DNA from: Chloroflexota bacterium | GTDB taxonomy: Bacteria > Chloroflexota > UBA11872 > VXOZ01 | Reading direction: 5' to 3' | Assembly (NCBI GenBank): GCA_963663275.1 | Contig: OY760183.1 | Coordinates: 648,211-712,210, forward strand | Length of the DNA stretch: 64,000 bases | Part shown: one piece after another, positions 56,064 to 64,000 of the stretch | Position numbering within the stretch: the first letter of the stretch is position 1 | Layout: each line of letters begins with the position of its first letter | The notes under the pieces: generated by a model | What the model was told of the DNA's origin: nothing | The model's database searches: none | The model's input: only the letters and a program-made list of their open reading frames with translations | Translations under genes and position numbers: made by a program

Positions 56064-56096
56064 CTGGGCGGAGAGCGGTCTTTTGCAGAACGGCGA

Positions 56097-57404
56097 TTAC
56101 TCTTGCGACAGCAGCCAGGTTACCAGCGCGTCGGTGAAGGCGTCGCCGTAGCCGGGACCGTGGCCGCTGCCCTCGCCCTGCCACAGCTCGATGGTGATGC
56201 CCTCAGTGCAGCCGGCTTCCAGGCGGAAGGCGTGGGTTTCCGCCCCCGGCACGTACTGGTCCAGATCGAGAGCGGCGTATGGCTGGGGGTTATCGGGCCA
56301 GTCGCAGCCGGCCCGCCGGCTCCAGCGCGTCACCATCTCCCGCGCCCCAGCGTAGAAGGCCGGTTCATCGTCCTCCCGCGCGCTCCGGTCGCCCTCGAAG
56401 AGGATCACGTCGTCCGCCGTGCCGTGGACGTGCAACACGGACACCGGCTGCGCGCCGTCGCAGCGTGAGTCATCCACGTAACTCGTGCCCGCCAGACTGG
56501 CCACGGCGCGCAGGCCGGGCAGACCCTTGCAGGCCAGGTGGTACGCCATGAACCCGCCGTTGGAGTATCCGAAGACGTACACGCGCCCAAAGTTCTTGAT
56601 TATCTTTGCGCCTGCCACCAGTTCGGTCAGATACGCCGCGTCGTCCGCGCCGGACTTGCCGCCGTCACAGCACTCGTCGGTTGGATTCCAGAAGCGGTCG
56701 CCCTCGGCGTTGCGTATCCCGTTGGGCAGCAAGAGCGCGAACCCGTGGGTATTCACGCGCTCGTGCAGGGGCACGTACGCGGCGTGGTCGGCGGCATTGC
56801 CGCCGAAGCCGTGCAGGGAGACGATGAGCGGCGTCTTACCGTTGACGAATTCTTGAGGCGCTATCAGAACCGTGCGGTCTTTGCGCGCGGGGTGGTCGAT
56901 GTAGTAGACCGCGCCGCCGCTAGCCTCCGCCAGCTTGGCGGTCGCTTCCAGGATGGCGTCATCCGACAAATCCGCCTGTTCGTCCTTACCCTTGTCCCAT
57001 TGCTCCATGGCGGCAAGGTACGAGTCCACTTCCGACGCGATTTCCTCGAGTTCCTGAAGTTGGGCGTCCAGACTGTCCAGGCGCTCGCGCAGGAGCGCGT
57101 TCTCGCTCTTAAGTGCGGCGTTCTCGTCCGCAAGGGCCGCGATGGACGCTTCCAGGGTTTGGACATTTGTCTCCAGCGCGAGTAGCCGCTCGTCACCAGC
57201 AGGATCTTCACTGGCGGCGGCACAGGCAACCAGAACGGCGGCCAGCAGGATGCAGACCGCCGCTGTGCCCAGGCGGCGCAGCCAGCCGGCCCCAGGGGAC
57301 GCCGCAGCGCCGAGCGCACCTGTGGTATTGCAGTTCGCTAGATGCCGTTTGTTCCAACGTTCGGGTCCTTCCAGGTTCCATTTCACGTGTTCAGGACTGG
57401 CCAT
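56097..57404 (-). CDS. membrane-anchored alpha/beta hydrolase, PHB-depolymerase/esterase family
   Basis: N-terminal TM segment and coiled coil. LIVSLHGFGGN and nucleophile elbow GYSNGG. Confidence 0.75.
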   Translation of the reverse strand: MASPEHVKWNLEGPERWNKRHLANCNTTGALGAAASPGAGWLRRLGTAAVCILLAAVLVACAAASEDPAGDERLLALETNVQTLEASIAALADENAALKSENALLRERLDSLDAQLQELEEIASEVDSYLAAMEQWDKGKDEQADLSDDAILEATAKLAEASGGAVYYIDHPARKDRTVLIAPQEFVNGKTPLIVSLHGFGGNAADHAAYVPLHERVNTHGFALLLPNGIRNAEGDRFWNPTDECCDGGKSGADDAAYLTELVAGAKIIKNFGRVYVFGYSNGGFMAYHLACKGLPGLRAVASLAGTSYVDDSRCDGAQPVSVLHVHGTADDVILFEGDRSAREDDEPAFYAGAREMVTRWSRRAGCDWPDNPQPYAALDLDQYVPGAETHAFRLEAGCTEGITIELWQGEGSGHGPGYGDAFTDALVTWLLSQE

Positions 57405-57818
57405 GAGGCGCTTCCTCCGATGCTTGTAGGCGGGGCGTGCCGTGGGGATGGCTTCATCATGATGACTCTTCCATGATGAACCTGCCGGCGGCTCGCGCGC
57501 AATCCCTGGCGGCCACGGCGCGCGTCAGGGCCGGTCCAGGGAGCGATGTGCCGCCTGCGCCCGAGCGGAGCGCCGCGTGGAACAGGGCCATTTGCAGTTT
57601 GGCCCTCGCCCCGCTTCTCCCGCCCGCAGCAGCGTCAAAGCACTCCGGTCGATGTGATATGCTGAAAACGTCATGCGCTTGCGGGCGCAGTACACGGGCC
57701 ATGCTCTATATGAGCGCGGCATGACGGATATGCGGCCTTGCGGGCGGCTCCAGTGTGTCGCGCTCGCGTCCGCATGGATGTCGTTAGATGATGAGCACAG
57801 AGAGGCAGCAAAGAGCTT

Positions 57819-58748
57819 ATGGAACGCATTTGGCTGCGCTGGTGGGGCTGCGGTGCTTTCGACGTGCGGTTTGGCGACGTGAACATCGCCTTCGATCCGT
57901 ATCTCTTTGGTGAGAATCTGGAAAACGCCAAGCCAATCTACGACTACATCTTTATCAGCCACGAGCACTTCGACCACTGCCATCCCAAGACGTTGCGCAA
58001 GCTCTGCCGGGGCGAGCGGTTCAAGCGCATGTTCGTGCCGCCGGGCGCGCTGTGGCCGGACGAGCCGATTGATGAGAAGTACGGCGACGCGGCGTTTTCC
58101 CGCGACTTGCCCATCAACAAGCATGTGCCGGCGGACAAGATACAGGTGATGTATCCGAAGCACCAGAACGAAATGCAGCGCGGCCGGCCGTGGGCGGGAC
58201 CGGCGGACAAGCGAGAGTTTCCCGGTCCGGACGAGATCGACCTGGGCGCGTTGCACGTGGAGACCATCGAGAGCGGCGAGAACCAGCGTCCCGACCTGCC
58301 GAACCTCGGCTTTCTCGTCACCCACAAAGCCTTGAACGTCTCGTTCCTGCACATTGGCGATAGCTGGGCGGCTTACCCGGCGATGCGGGCGTTGCGCGGG
58401 CGGGTGGACTTTGCCATCCACATGAAACTCGGCCTGACGCCAACCAACTCGGCGCAGCAGACTACCGAACTCGAGGACTTCGTGGACTACATCCGGCCTC
58501 ATGCCCTGATCCCCATTCACTACCGCACCGACCGCAAGTCGGACCCGGTGCCGGAGGGTCACTGGCCGCCGAACGCCAGCGATGTCGCCGGTTTCATCGA
58601 GTACATTCGCGGCAAGGTCGGCGCGCGGACGCGGGTGCTGCCGTTTACGGCCGGCGTGGAGTATGCGGTGAAACTGCCGGAAAAGCAGGTGGAGTGGGAG
58701 TGGGAATGGGTGAACACGTGGGACGTGCCGCCGTGGCGCGAGGGGTAG
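57819..58748 (+). CDS. MBL-fold metallo-hydrolase
   Basis: ISHEHFDHCHP (HxHxDH). Confidence 0.8.
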   Translation: MERIWLRWWGCGAFDVRFGDVNIAFDPYLFGENLENAKPIYDYIFISHEHFDHCHPKTLRKLCRGERFKRMFVPPGALWPDEPIDEKYGDAAFSRDLPINKHVPADKIQVMYPKHQNEMQRGRPWAGPADKREFPGPDEIDLGALHVETIESGENQRPDLPNLGFLVTHKALNVSFLHIGDSWAAYPAMRALRGRVDFAIHMKLGLTPTNSAQQTTELEDFVDYIRPHALIPIHYRTDRKSDPVPEGHWPPNASDVAGFIEYIRGKVGARTRVLPFTAGVEYAVKLPEKQVEWEWEWVNTWDVPPWREG

Positions 58749-58783
58749 CCGGGTTGCCTGCTTGGCGCCGCGGCGGCAATAGC

Positions 58784-58805
58784 CGATGTTTCACGTGAAA
58801 CATCG
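58784..58805. promoter_or_regulatory. 22-bp perfect palindrome CGATGTTTCACGTGAAACATCG upstream of recF
   Basis: Unique in the window and not a REP family member. Lies 37 nt upstream of the recF GTG and 36 nt after the MBL stop. Confidence 0.35.
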
Positions 58806-58841
58806 CCACCCGCGTAAAGCAGGGAATACAAGGACGCGCCC

Positions 58842-60128
58842 GTGTACCTCACCGCGCTCTCGCTCACCAACTTCCGCAACTACCGCGCCGTTTCGCTGCC
58901 GCTGGCGCCGGGGCTGACGATCTTCACCGGGCCGAACGGCGCCGGCAAGTCGAACATCCTCGAAGCCGTCCACTGCCTGGCCACCGGCCGTTCCTACCGC
59001 GCCCGCGCCGAGGCGGAATTGCGCAGCATCGATCCGGATCCGGCGCGCCCCTATACCCGCGTGACCGGCGAGGTGGCGGCCGGCGACCATGCCACCGCCC
59101 TGGAAGTAATCTGGGCCGCCGAGCAGGACCAAACGGCCGGCTTCAGCAAGCGCATCCGCGTGGGCGGCGCGCCCCGCCGCGCTTCCAGCCTCTTGCAACA
59201 CCTGCACGTGGTGCTCTTTACGCCGCACGACATCGCCTTGGTGGACGGTTCGCCCAGCGGGCGCCGCCGCTACCTGGACTACCTGCTCAGCCGCATCGAT
59301 CCCAGCTACCTCCGCGCCTTGCAGAGCTACGAGCACGTGATGGCGGAGCGGAACGCCCTGCTGCGCGCGCTGCGCGAGGGCACGACCCGCGACCGGCGGC
59401 AACTTGAAGCCTGGAACCAGGAACTGACCGCCCTGGGAGCGCCGGTGATTGCGCTGCGCCTGGCCTACGCGGCCCACGTGGCGGAACCGCTCGCCGCTCG
59501 CTACGCGGCGCTCACGGGAACCGGCGGCGACCGGCAGAGCGGAGTGTCGCACCAGCCCAGCACAGGACCGCAACCGCCCAGCACGGGATTGGAGCCGCCA
59601 AGCGCAGGGCCGCAACTGCGCGGCGCGGGACTGCAACTGCGCTACGATTCGAGCGTGCCGCTGCCGGAGACGCCGCCTGCCGCTGAATCGCTCCGCGTCA
59701 GCACGCTGCCCCAGGCGTGGCAGACGGAGATTCAGGCTGCCTTCGGCGCCGCACTTGCCGAGCACGCGCCCCGTGAGCAGGCGCAAGCCGTGACCGTGGT
59801 CGGCCCGCACCGTGACGACCTCACCTTCCTGCGCGGCGGCCATCCGCTGGCGGCCTTCGGCTCCCGCGGCGAGCAACGGCTGGCGGCCCTCACCCTCAAA
59901 CTCACCGAGATAGACCTGCTCCACGCCGAATCCGGCGAGTGGCCGGTGATTCTGCTGGACGACTTCCTCTCCGAACTCGACGCCCAGCGCCGCGGCCACG
60001 TGCTGGCGTCGCTCGCGCCTACGGTGCAAGCGTTCGCCACCACCTCCGATCTCCAACAATTCACGCCGGAGGTGGTGGACGCGGCCCACATCCTGCACGT
60101 GGCGAACAATACCGTCGCCGCCGGATAG
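58842..60128 (+). CDS. recF: DNA replication and repair protein RecF
   Basis: L.L.NFRNY, Walker A GPNGAGKSN and the SMC-like C-terminus LLDDFLSELD. 428 aa including an internal repeat insertion. Confidence 0.92.
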   Translation: MYLTALSLTNFRNYRAVSLPLAPGLTIFTGPNGAGKSNILEAVHCLATGRSYRARAEAELRSIDPDPARPYTRVTGEVAAGDHATALEVIWAAEQDQTAGFSKRIRVGGAPRRASSLLQHLHVVLFTPHDIALVDGSPSGRRRYLDYLLSRIDPSYLRALQSYEHVMAERNALLRALREGTTRDRRQLEAWNQELTALGAPVIALRLAYAAHVAEPLAARYAALTGTGGDRQSGVSHQPSTGPQPPSTGLEPPSAGPQLRGAGLQLRYDSSVPLPETPPAAESLRVSTLPQAWQTEIQAAFGAALAEHAPREQAQAVTVVGPHRDDLTFLRGGHPLAAFGSRGEQRLAALTLKLTEIDLLHAESGEWPVILLDDFLSELDAQRRGHVLASLAPTVQAFATTSDLQQFTPEVVDAAHILHVANNTVAAG

Positions 60129-60393
60129 TGATGTCAAGATGAGTAACAGGGATAGACCCTTAGGTAAACATCCAGGGCCCCGCGAGCGGAACGCCACGCG
60201 CTTTCACCTTCACTCTACGCTTTGTCCCCAGCGGCGCGAACCGGAAAGCGCACAGCAACCTGTAGCAGCCGTTTTGCGTCACAAGCAAAGGCATTGTTGT
60301 CTACAGGCGGCTTGTCCTGCGCCAGGGAGCGATATAGACTGGTTGTAGAGGCAAGGCGCGCGGCTTGCCGGTGGTGAGAAGGAGGTACCTTCG

Positions 60394-60468
60394 ATGAGAC
60401 GGCTCGATTGCGTGTTCCTCTGTCCGAGACCGCTTGGCATTGCTCGCGGCCAGGCGGTGCATCATTGA
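60394..60468 (+). CDS. candidate leader/small ORF A (24 aa, MRRLDCVFLCPRPLGIARGQAVHH)
   Basis: AAGGAGG lies 8 nt upstream. A paralogous small ORF sits at 63169-63240 with the same 37-nt distance to the downstream GTG. Confidence 0.4.
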   Translation: MRRLDCVFLCPRPLGIARGQAVHH

Positions 60469-60505
60469 GAGAGAGTCAATCCTCAGCGTTCCATCCAGGA
60501 CCAGA

Positions 60506-60871
60506 GTGTGGTACTTTGCCGCGTTCACAATTCTGGTTGCAATGGGAGCGCTTGGATACGCGCAAAACTGCAATGCCAATCTAACTGTGCTCATGTGCGC
60601 ATGGGAAGGCATAAGCAAGAGTGTTGTTGCGGCAACGCCAATCGCGATTATTCTCGTAGAGATAGGAGCGTGGGCAGTGTGGAAATTCCCAAGTGAGCGG
60701 CTGTGGGAGAAGATCGAAGAGGGGAGAGCACGAGCGAGAAGGGAAGGCTTACAGCAAGGCCGCCAGGAAGGCCGGCAGGAAGCCATCCAGGAGCTTAGGA
60801 AAAAGGGCGTCGAAGTCCCTGACGACATGATTCCCGATGATCCCAAGCAGGACCAGCCCCCCTCTCAGTAG
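60506..60871 (+). CDS. small membrane protein, paralogue A (2 TM plus charged C-terminal tail)
   Basis: Shares the core GAWAVWKFPSERL..KI....R.REEG..GRQ..IQELR.KGVE.P.DM with 63278-63640. Homology starts at GTG 60506. The ORF track opens at TTG 60434. Confidence 0.6.
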   Translation: MWYFAAFTILVAMGALGYAQNCNANLTVLMCAWEGISKSVVAATPIAIILVEIGAWAVWKFPSERLWEKIEEGRARARREGLQQGRQEGRQEAIQELRKKGVEVPDDMIPDDPKQDQPPSQ

Positions 60872-60886
60872 CCAATACCCAAGCAG

Positions 60887-60917
60887 AAGTCCCGCGACAC
60901 TTCCGTTGCGGGACTTT
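60887..60917 (+). terminator. stem-loop AAGTCCCGC-N12-GCGGGACTT(T) after paralogue A
   Basis: 9-bp stem and a weak T tail, 16 nt after the stop. Confidence 0.4.
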
Positions 60918-60971
60918 GCGTGCCGGGAGATGATATGCGCGTCGGCGTTCTTGCATCCCGACCTTGGCGTC

Positions 60972-61331
60972 ATGAAGAGTGCCACGGAGGTGTTCGAAGA
61001 CCTACTGGAGAGTGACGACGGTCATCCACAGATGGGGAAGGAAATGAAAGGCCACATCTTGGCGGCCGGGTTCGAGAACCTCCGGATGACCGGCACGATC
61101 GACATCTACAGCATCCCCAAGGAAATCGCCTTCGTCCACGCGCTCTTTTCTGAATGGTTCCTGTCTCCCGAAATCGTGGAGCCAAGCCTGAAGTACGGAG
61201 CGACTACCCTGGAACTCAGCGAAAGAATACGCGCGGCCTTGGAGCAATGGAAGCACGATAGCGGGGCCGTTGCCGGCCTGTCGTTTGGCCAGGCGATAGC
61301 CAGCAAGCCCTATGGCTCCGGCCTTGATTGA
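60972..61331 (+). pseudogene. possible C-terminal remnant of a class I SAM-dependent methyltransferase
   Basis: The ORF lacks any N-terminal SAM-binding motif. The tail (HILAAGFENLRMTG...) resembles MTase C-termini. Weak. Confidence 0.3.
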
Positions 61332-61476
61332 CGTTCTCTATGGGGCAATGCGTTTGCTCGTCACACCCTGGCCACTGTGCAGGAGCAACCCCAGTCCACG
61401 AGATATAGCGCCGGCGGGTGTCCCCACGGGCGCCGCATTCCAGCGGACGGCAATTACAGAGATCCCTTTTCGCGGC

Positions 61477-61528
61477 ATACCAAAAGACGTAGGGGCACGA
61501 CATGTCGTGCCCCTATGTCTTTTGGTAT
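61477..61528. repeat. 52-bp near-perfect palindrome with REP-A core (61489-61516)
   Basis: ATACCAAAAGAC-[REP-A, last base T]-GTCTTTTGGTAT, with one mismatch. Confidence 0.85.
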
Positions 61529-61552
61529 ACTGTCCCGTGCCCCTGCGAGAGG

Positions 61553-62035
61553 TTACGGCGTGTACTCTCTGATAGCGGCATAGTTGCTCAGAATGGTGGA
61601 GGTAGCGGATTCCAGGATGCGCAGGTCTTCCGCGCTGATGCCCTCAACCAGTTTGACGTAGTATTCTTGCATGCGTTCGTGGAGGCGAATCGTCAGGTCG
61701 CGGCCTTCGTCGGTCAGATTCAGCATAACCGTACGCCGGTCGCTGCGCAGGCGCCGCCGGCGCAGCAGTCCCAGGTTCACCAAAGTATTCACAATGCGGC
61801 TAATGCGGGAAGCGTCCACGGGCAGCAGTCTCGCGAGTTCCGTCGCCGTACACTCTTGTCTCTTCATGCAGGCCCTGAGAAGGGAAAACTCAACGTGGGT
61901 AAGGTCGTAGGGTTCCACTTCCTCAGCCATCCCTTTGAAAACCGCAGTTTCCAGCCGCATCACACAAGCTTCCAAGTCTACCGGCAGGGACTCAGCGCGC
62001 TCTGTGGGAGGTTGACTAGATTCTGCCATGATCAA
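61553..62035 (-). CDS. MarR family transcriptional regulator
   Basis: 160 aa with a winged-helix core ELARLLPVDASRISRIVNTLVNLGLLRRRRLRSDRR. Confidence 0.85.
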   Translation of the reverse strand: MIMAESSQPPTERAESLPVDLEACVMRLETAVFKGMAEEVEPYDLTHVEFSLLRACMKRQECTATELARLLPVDASRISRIVNTLVNLGLLRRRRLRSDRRTVMLNLTDEGRDLTIRLHERMQEYYVKLVEGISAEDLRILESATSTILSNYAAIREYTP

Positions 62036-62278
62036 TTCCCCTGCGATTGCCTAAACGGTTGGTGCGACGGCAGCCAACGCTCGAACAATAAACCCTAGTC
62101 GAAAATAATCCATACATAAAACCGTTCGCACCAAGCTATGCACTGATTATAGCATCTAATAAATGTTGCTGTACACCACTTCAACCCACTTTCTGCGCGG
62201 CTTTAATCGAAGTGCGGGCACGTTTGGCCCCAATTGCGGCTGCCGGCGCGCTTTGGCCGCCGGCGGGGGCGCTCGCGG

Positions 62279-63022
62279 CTAGGCAATTCCCCCAAGCAGT
62301 TCCAGGATGTTGCCGCCCATGACTCTGGCGTAGTCCGCCGCCGGAAACTCCCAGACCCGCACCTTGGCCATTTCGGGCAGGGGCGGATTGTAGTCGCCGC
62401 CGCCGTCGGAGCCCCAGATGAGCTTGCCCGCGCCCAGCGCGTGGTAGGCCTCGCGGATCATCCACGGACCGCTGGTGAAGGACGTGTCGAGCCAGACGTT
62501 GTCGTGGCGCTTGGCCACGTCGAAGAAGCGCCAGTTCATCGCCTGGTCGCTGCTGGAGCCCAGGTGGGGAATGATCAGCTTGGCCTGCGGCACGGCGGCC
62601 GCCCAACGGTCGGGAAACTCCGGCCGGCCGGCGCAGCAGAGCACAATCGGCAGGTCGTAGCCCGCGCCCAATTCCAGAACAGGCAGGAAGAGCGCGTCGG
62701 TAATCTCGCCTTTCACCTCGCCAAAGTGCAGTTTCAGGCCGCGAAAGCCCCAGTCTTCCACCGCCCGGCGCACGGCGTCCAGGCCCACCGCGCCTTCCTC
62801 CGGCACCATGTGGGCATACGGTATCAGCCGTTCCTCCCGGCCGCGCACGGCCCGGCGGGTCATCTCGTTCGATTCCCGGCTGGGCAGGCAGATGCTGAAC
62901 ACGCACGACTTGTCCACTCCGGCCTGGTCCATGTAGCGGATCGTATCGTCGGGATCCAATTCGCGGCGGTACGCGTCGCCGCCTTTGACATGGACGTGGG
63001 CGTCGATGATCATGCGCGCCAT
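62279..63022 (-). CDS. amidohydrolase family protein (Amidohydro_2/ACMSD-like TIM barrel)
   Basis: IIDAHVHV at the N-terminus, then HFGE, PHLG and WGSDGG. Confidence 0.75.
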   Translation of the reverse strand: MARMIIDAHVHVKGGDAYRRELDPDDTIRYMDQAGVDKSCVFSICLPSRESNEMTRRAVRGREERLIPYAHMVPEEGAVGLDAVRRAVEDWGFRGLKLHFGEVKGEITDALFLPVLELGAGYDLPIVLCCAGRPEFPDRWAAAVPQAKLIIPHLGSSSDQAMNWRFFDVAKRHDNVWLDTSFTSGPWMIREAYHALGAGKLIWGSDGGGDYNPPLPEMAKVRVWEFPAADYARVMGGNILELLGGIA

Positions 63023-63168
63023 TCCTCTCTATCTGACTCGCCGGAGTTCCCTAACAGTAGACCATGTAGGACAGTACCATCTTGAGGCGCTCTTTGACAC
63101 TCTCATATATAATGAATGCACATGGCTGGGGCGGTCTAGGCCGGTTTCACTTCTGAGGAGATAGGGAG

Positions 63169-63240
63169 ATGCAACAGTTCGCTTTTGGCTGTTTCAGGCC
63201 GCCTGGCACGTGGCCTGGCCAGGCGGTGAGTCATTGCTGA
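63169..63240 (+). CDS. candidate leader/small ORF B (23 aa, MQQFAFGCFRPPGTWPGQAVSHC)
   Basis: GAGGAG lies 8 nt upstream. Shares C.RP.G...GQAV.H with ORF A. Its stop codon is embedded in the hairpin GCTGAG-N12-CTCAGC. Confidence 0.4.
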   Translation: MQQFAFGCFRPPGTWPGQAVSHC

Positions 63241-63277
63241 GCGAGAATCGATCCTCAGCGTTCCTTCGCATACAAGG

Positions 63278-63640
63278 GTGTGGTATTTTGGCATCTTCGT
63301 TGCATTAGTTGGAATTGGCGCATGGGACAACCTGATGCAATGCGGAGGCTGGAGCATCGAGCTAGTGGCTTGCCTGTGGCAGGGGGTTAGCGAGAACGTC
63401 ATTGCAGCCACACCAGTTTCAATTATGCTAACAGAATTAGGAGCATGGGCAGTGTGGAAATTTCCAAGTGAGCGGCTAGCCGAGAAGATTGCCGACACGA
63501 GGAAGAGGATACGAGAGGAAGGTCGGCAAGAAGGTCGGCAAGCAACAATCCAGGAACTCAGGGACAAGGGCGTTGAGCTTCCTGCCGATATGGAAGCCAA
63601 GGAGCCTGAGCCTGATAAACCGGATCAGTCGTCCGGTTGA
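63278..63640 (+). CDS. small membrane protein, paralogue B
   Basis: 120 aa. See 60506-60871. Confidence 0.6.
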   Translation: MWYFGIFVALVGIGAWDNLMQCGGWSIELVACLWQGVSENVIAATPVSIMLTELGAWAVWKFPSERLAEKIADTRKRIREEGRQEGRQATIQELRDKGVELPADMEAKEPEPDKPDQSSG

Positions 63641-63653
63641 CCAACGGACCGTG

Positions 63654-63686
63654 AAGCCCCCGCCGCGCGCGGGGGCTTTACTTTTG
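63654..63686 (+). terminator. rho-independent terminator
   Basis: AAGCCCCCGC-CGCGC-GCGGGGGCTT followed by TACTTTTG. 10-bp GC stem, 13 nt after the stop. Confidence 0.7.
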
Positions 63687-63737
63687 CCGCGTGCCGCCGC
63701 AAGCGGCGCCCCGCGCAAAGAGGCGGCAAGAATCCCC

Positions 63738-63900
63738 CTGACAAGGGTATGTAAATGTCATTCCGAGCGGAGCGAGGAATCTAAAGCTGCTGATTTTGCA
63801 GGGCTGCGCTCTAGATTCCGCGAACAGGGTTCGACACTTCGCTGCGCTCCGTTCGGAATGACACGTGAAGTCGATTGTGGAACACATACCCGTGTTAGCC
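63738..63900 (+). mobile_element. MITE-2 copy
   Basis: CTGACAAGGGTATGTAAATGTCATTCCGAGCGGAGCGAGGAATCTAA ... CGTTCGGAATGACACGTGAAG...CATACCCGTGTTAGCC. Confidence 0.65.
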
Positions 63901-64000
63901 AGGAGAGGGAGACTGTACGCGGCCGCGGGCGCTCCCGCGTGCGGAGCCAGGGCAGGATGGGGCGCGCAATGGTATAATGGAATAAGCCCCCCGCACAAGG

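Noticed and set aside
60434-60505. TTG-initiated N-terminal extension of membrane-protein paralogue A
   Set aside because: The equivalent region of paralogue B is out of frame and blocked by a TGA. The conservation there is explained by the upstream small ORF and hairpin, so GTG 60506 was chosen.
63094-63113. Perfect TTGACA and perfect TATAAT hexamers upstream of small ORF B
   Set aside because: They are only 8 nt apart, which is incompatible with a canonical sigma70 promoter. The TATAAT may still act as a -10 with another upstream element, but I cannot support that.
63821-63845. GGTTCGA-like string that could hint at a tRNA T-arm
   Set aside because: It lies inside MITE-2. No acceptor or anticodon arms can be folded around it. 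No tRNA, rRNA or tmRNA signature was found anywhere in the window.

Overview
This is a high-GC bacterial chromosomal segment with about 55 supportable protein genes, mostly housekeeping and metabolic. They include a GH15 hydrolase, moaD/moaE, rpmI-rplT, uvrB, recF, four PLP aminotransferases, a sugar-acid-like cluster with tandem Gfo/Idh/MocA paralogues, an S9 peptidase and a PQQ sugar dehydrogenase. I found no rRNA, tRNA or CRISPR-cas. The dominant feature is that intergenic DNA is saturated with short palindromic repeats and MITE-like elements. I labelled the families REP-A to REP-F and MITE-1 to MITE-3. There is also one IS30 element nested inside a MITE and one REP-associated tyrosine transposase (RAYT) gene. 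The RAYT gene is bracketed by 48-bp and 58-bp perfect palindromes and has a REP copy inside its own ORF. Repeats supply stop codons to several genes, form constant-spacer tandem arrays, and have triplicated one gene's 3' end. Other candidates for follow-up are: a DnaA-box cluster far from any dnaA/dnaN; an A/T-richer islet with a divergent XRE-HTH/NYN gene and an Ala-rich unknown; a duplicated leader-ORF plus small-membrane-protein module flanking a MarR/amidohydrolase pair; and an in-frame minisatellite in recF. All product calls come from motif recognition by eye. No database search was run.
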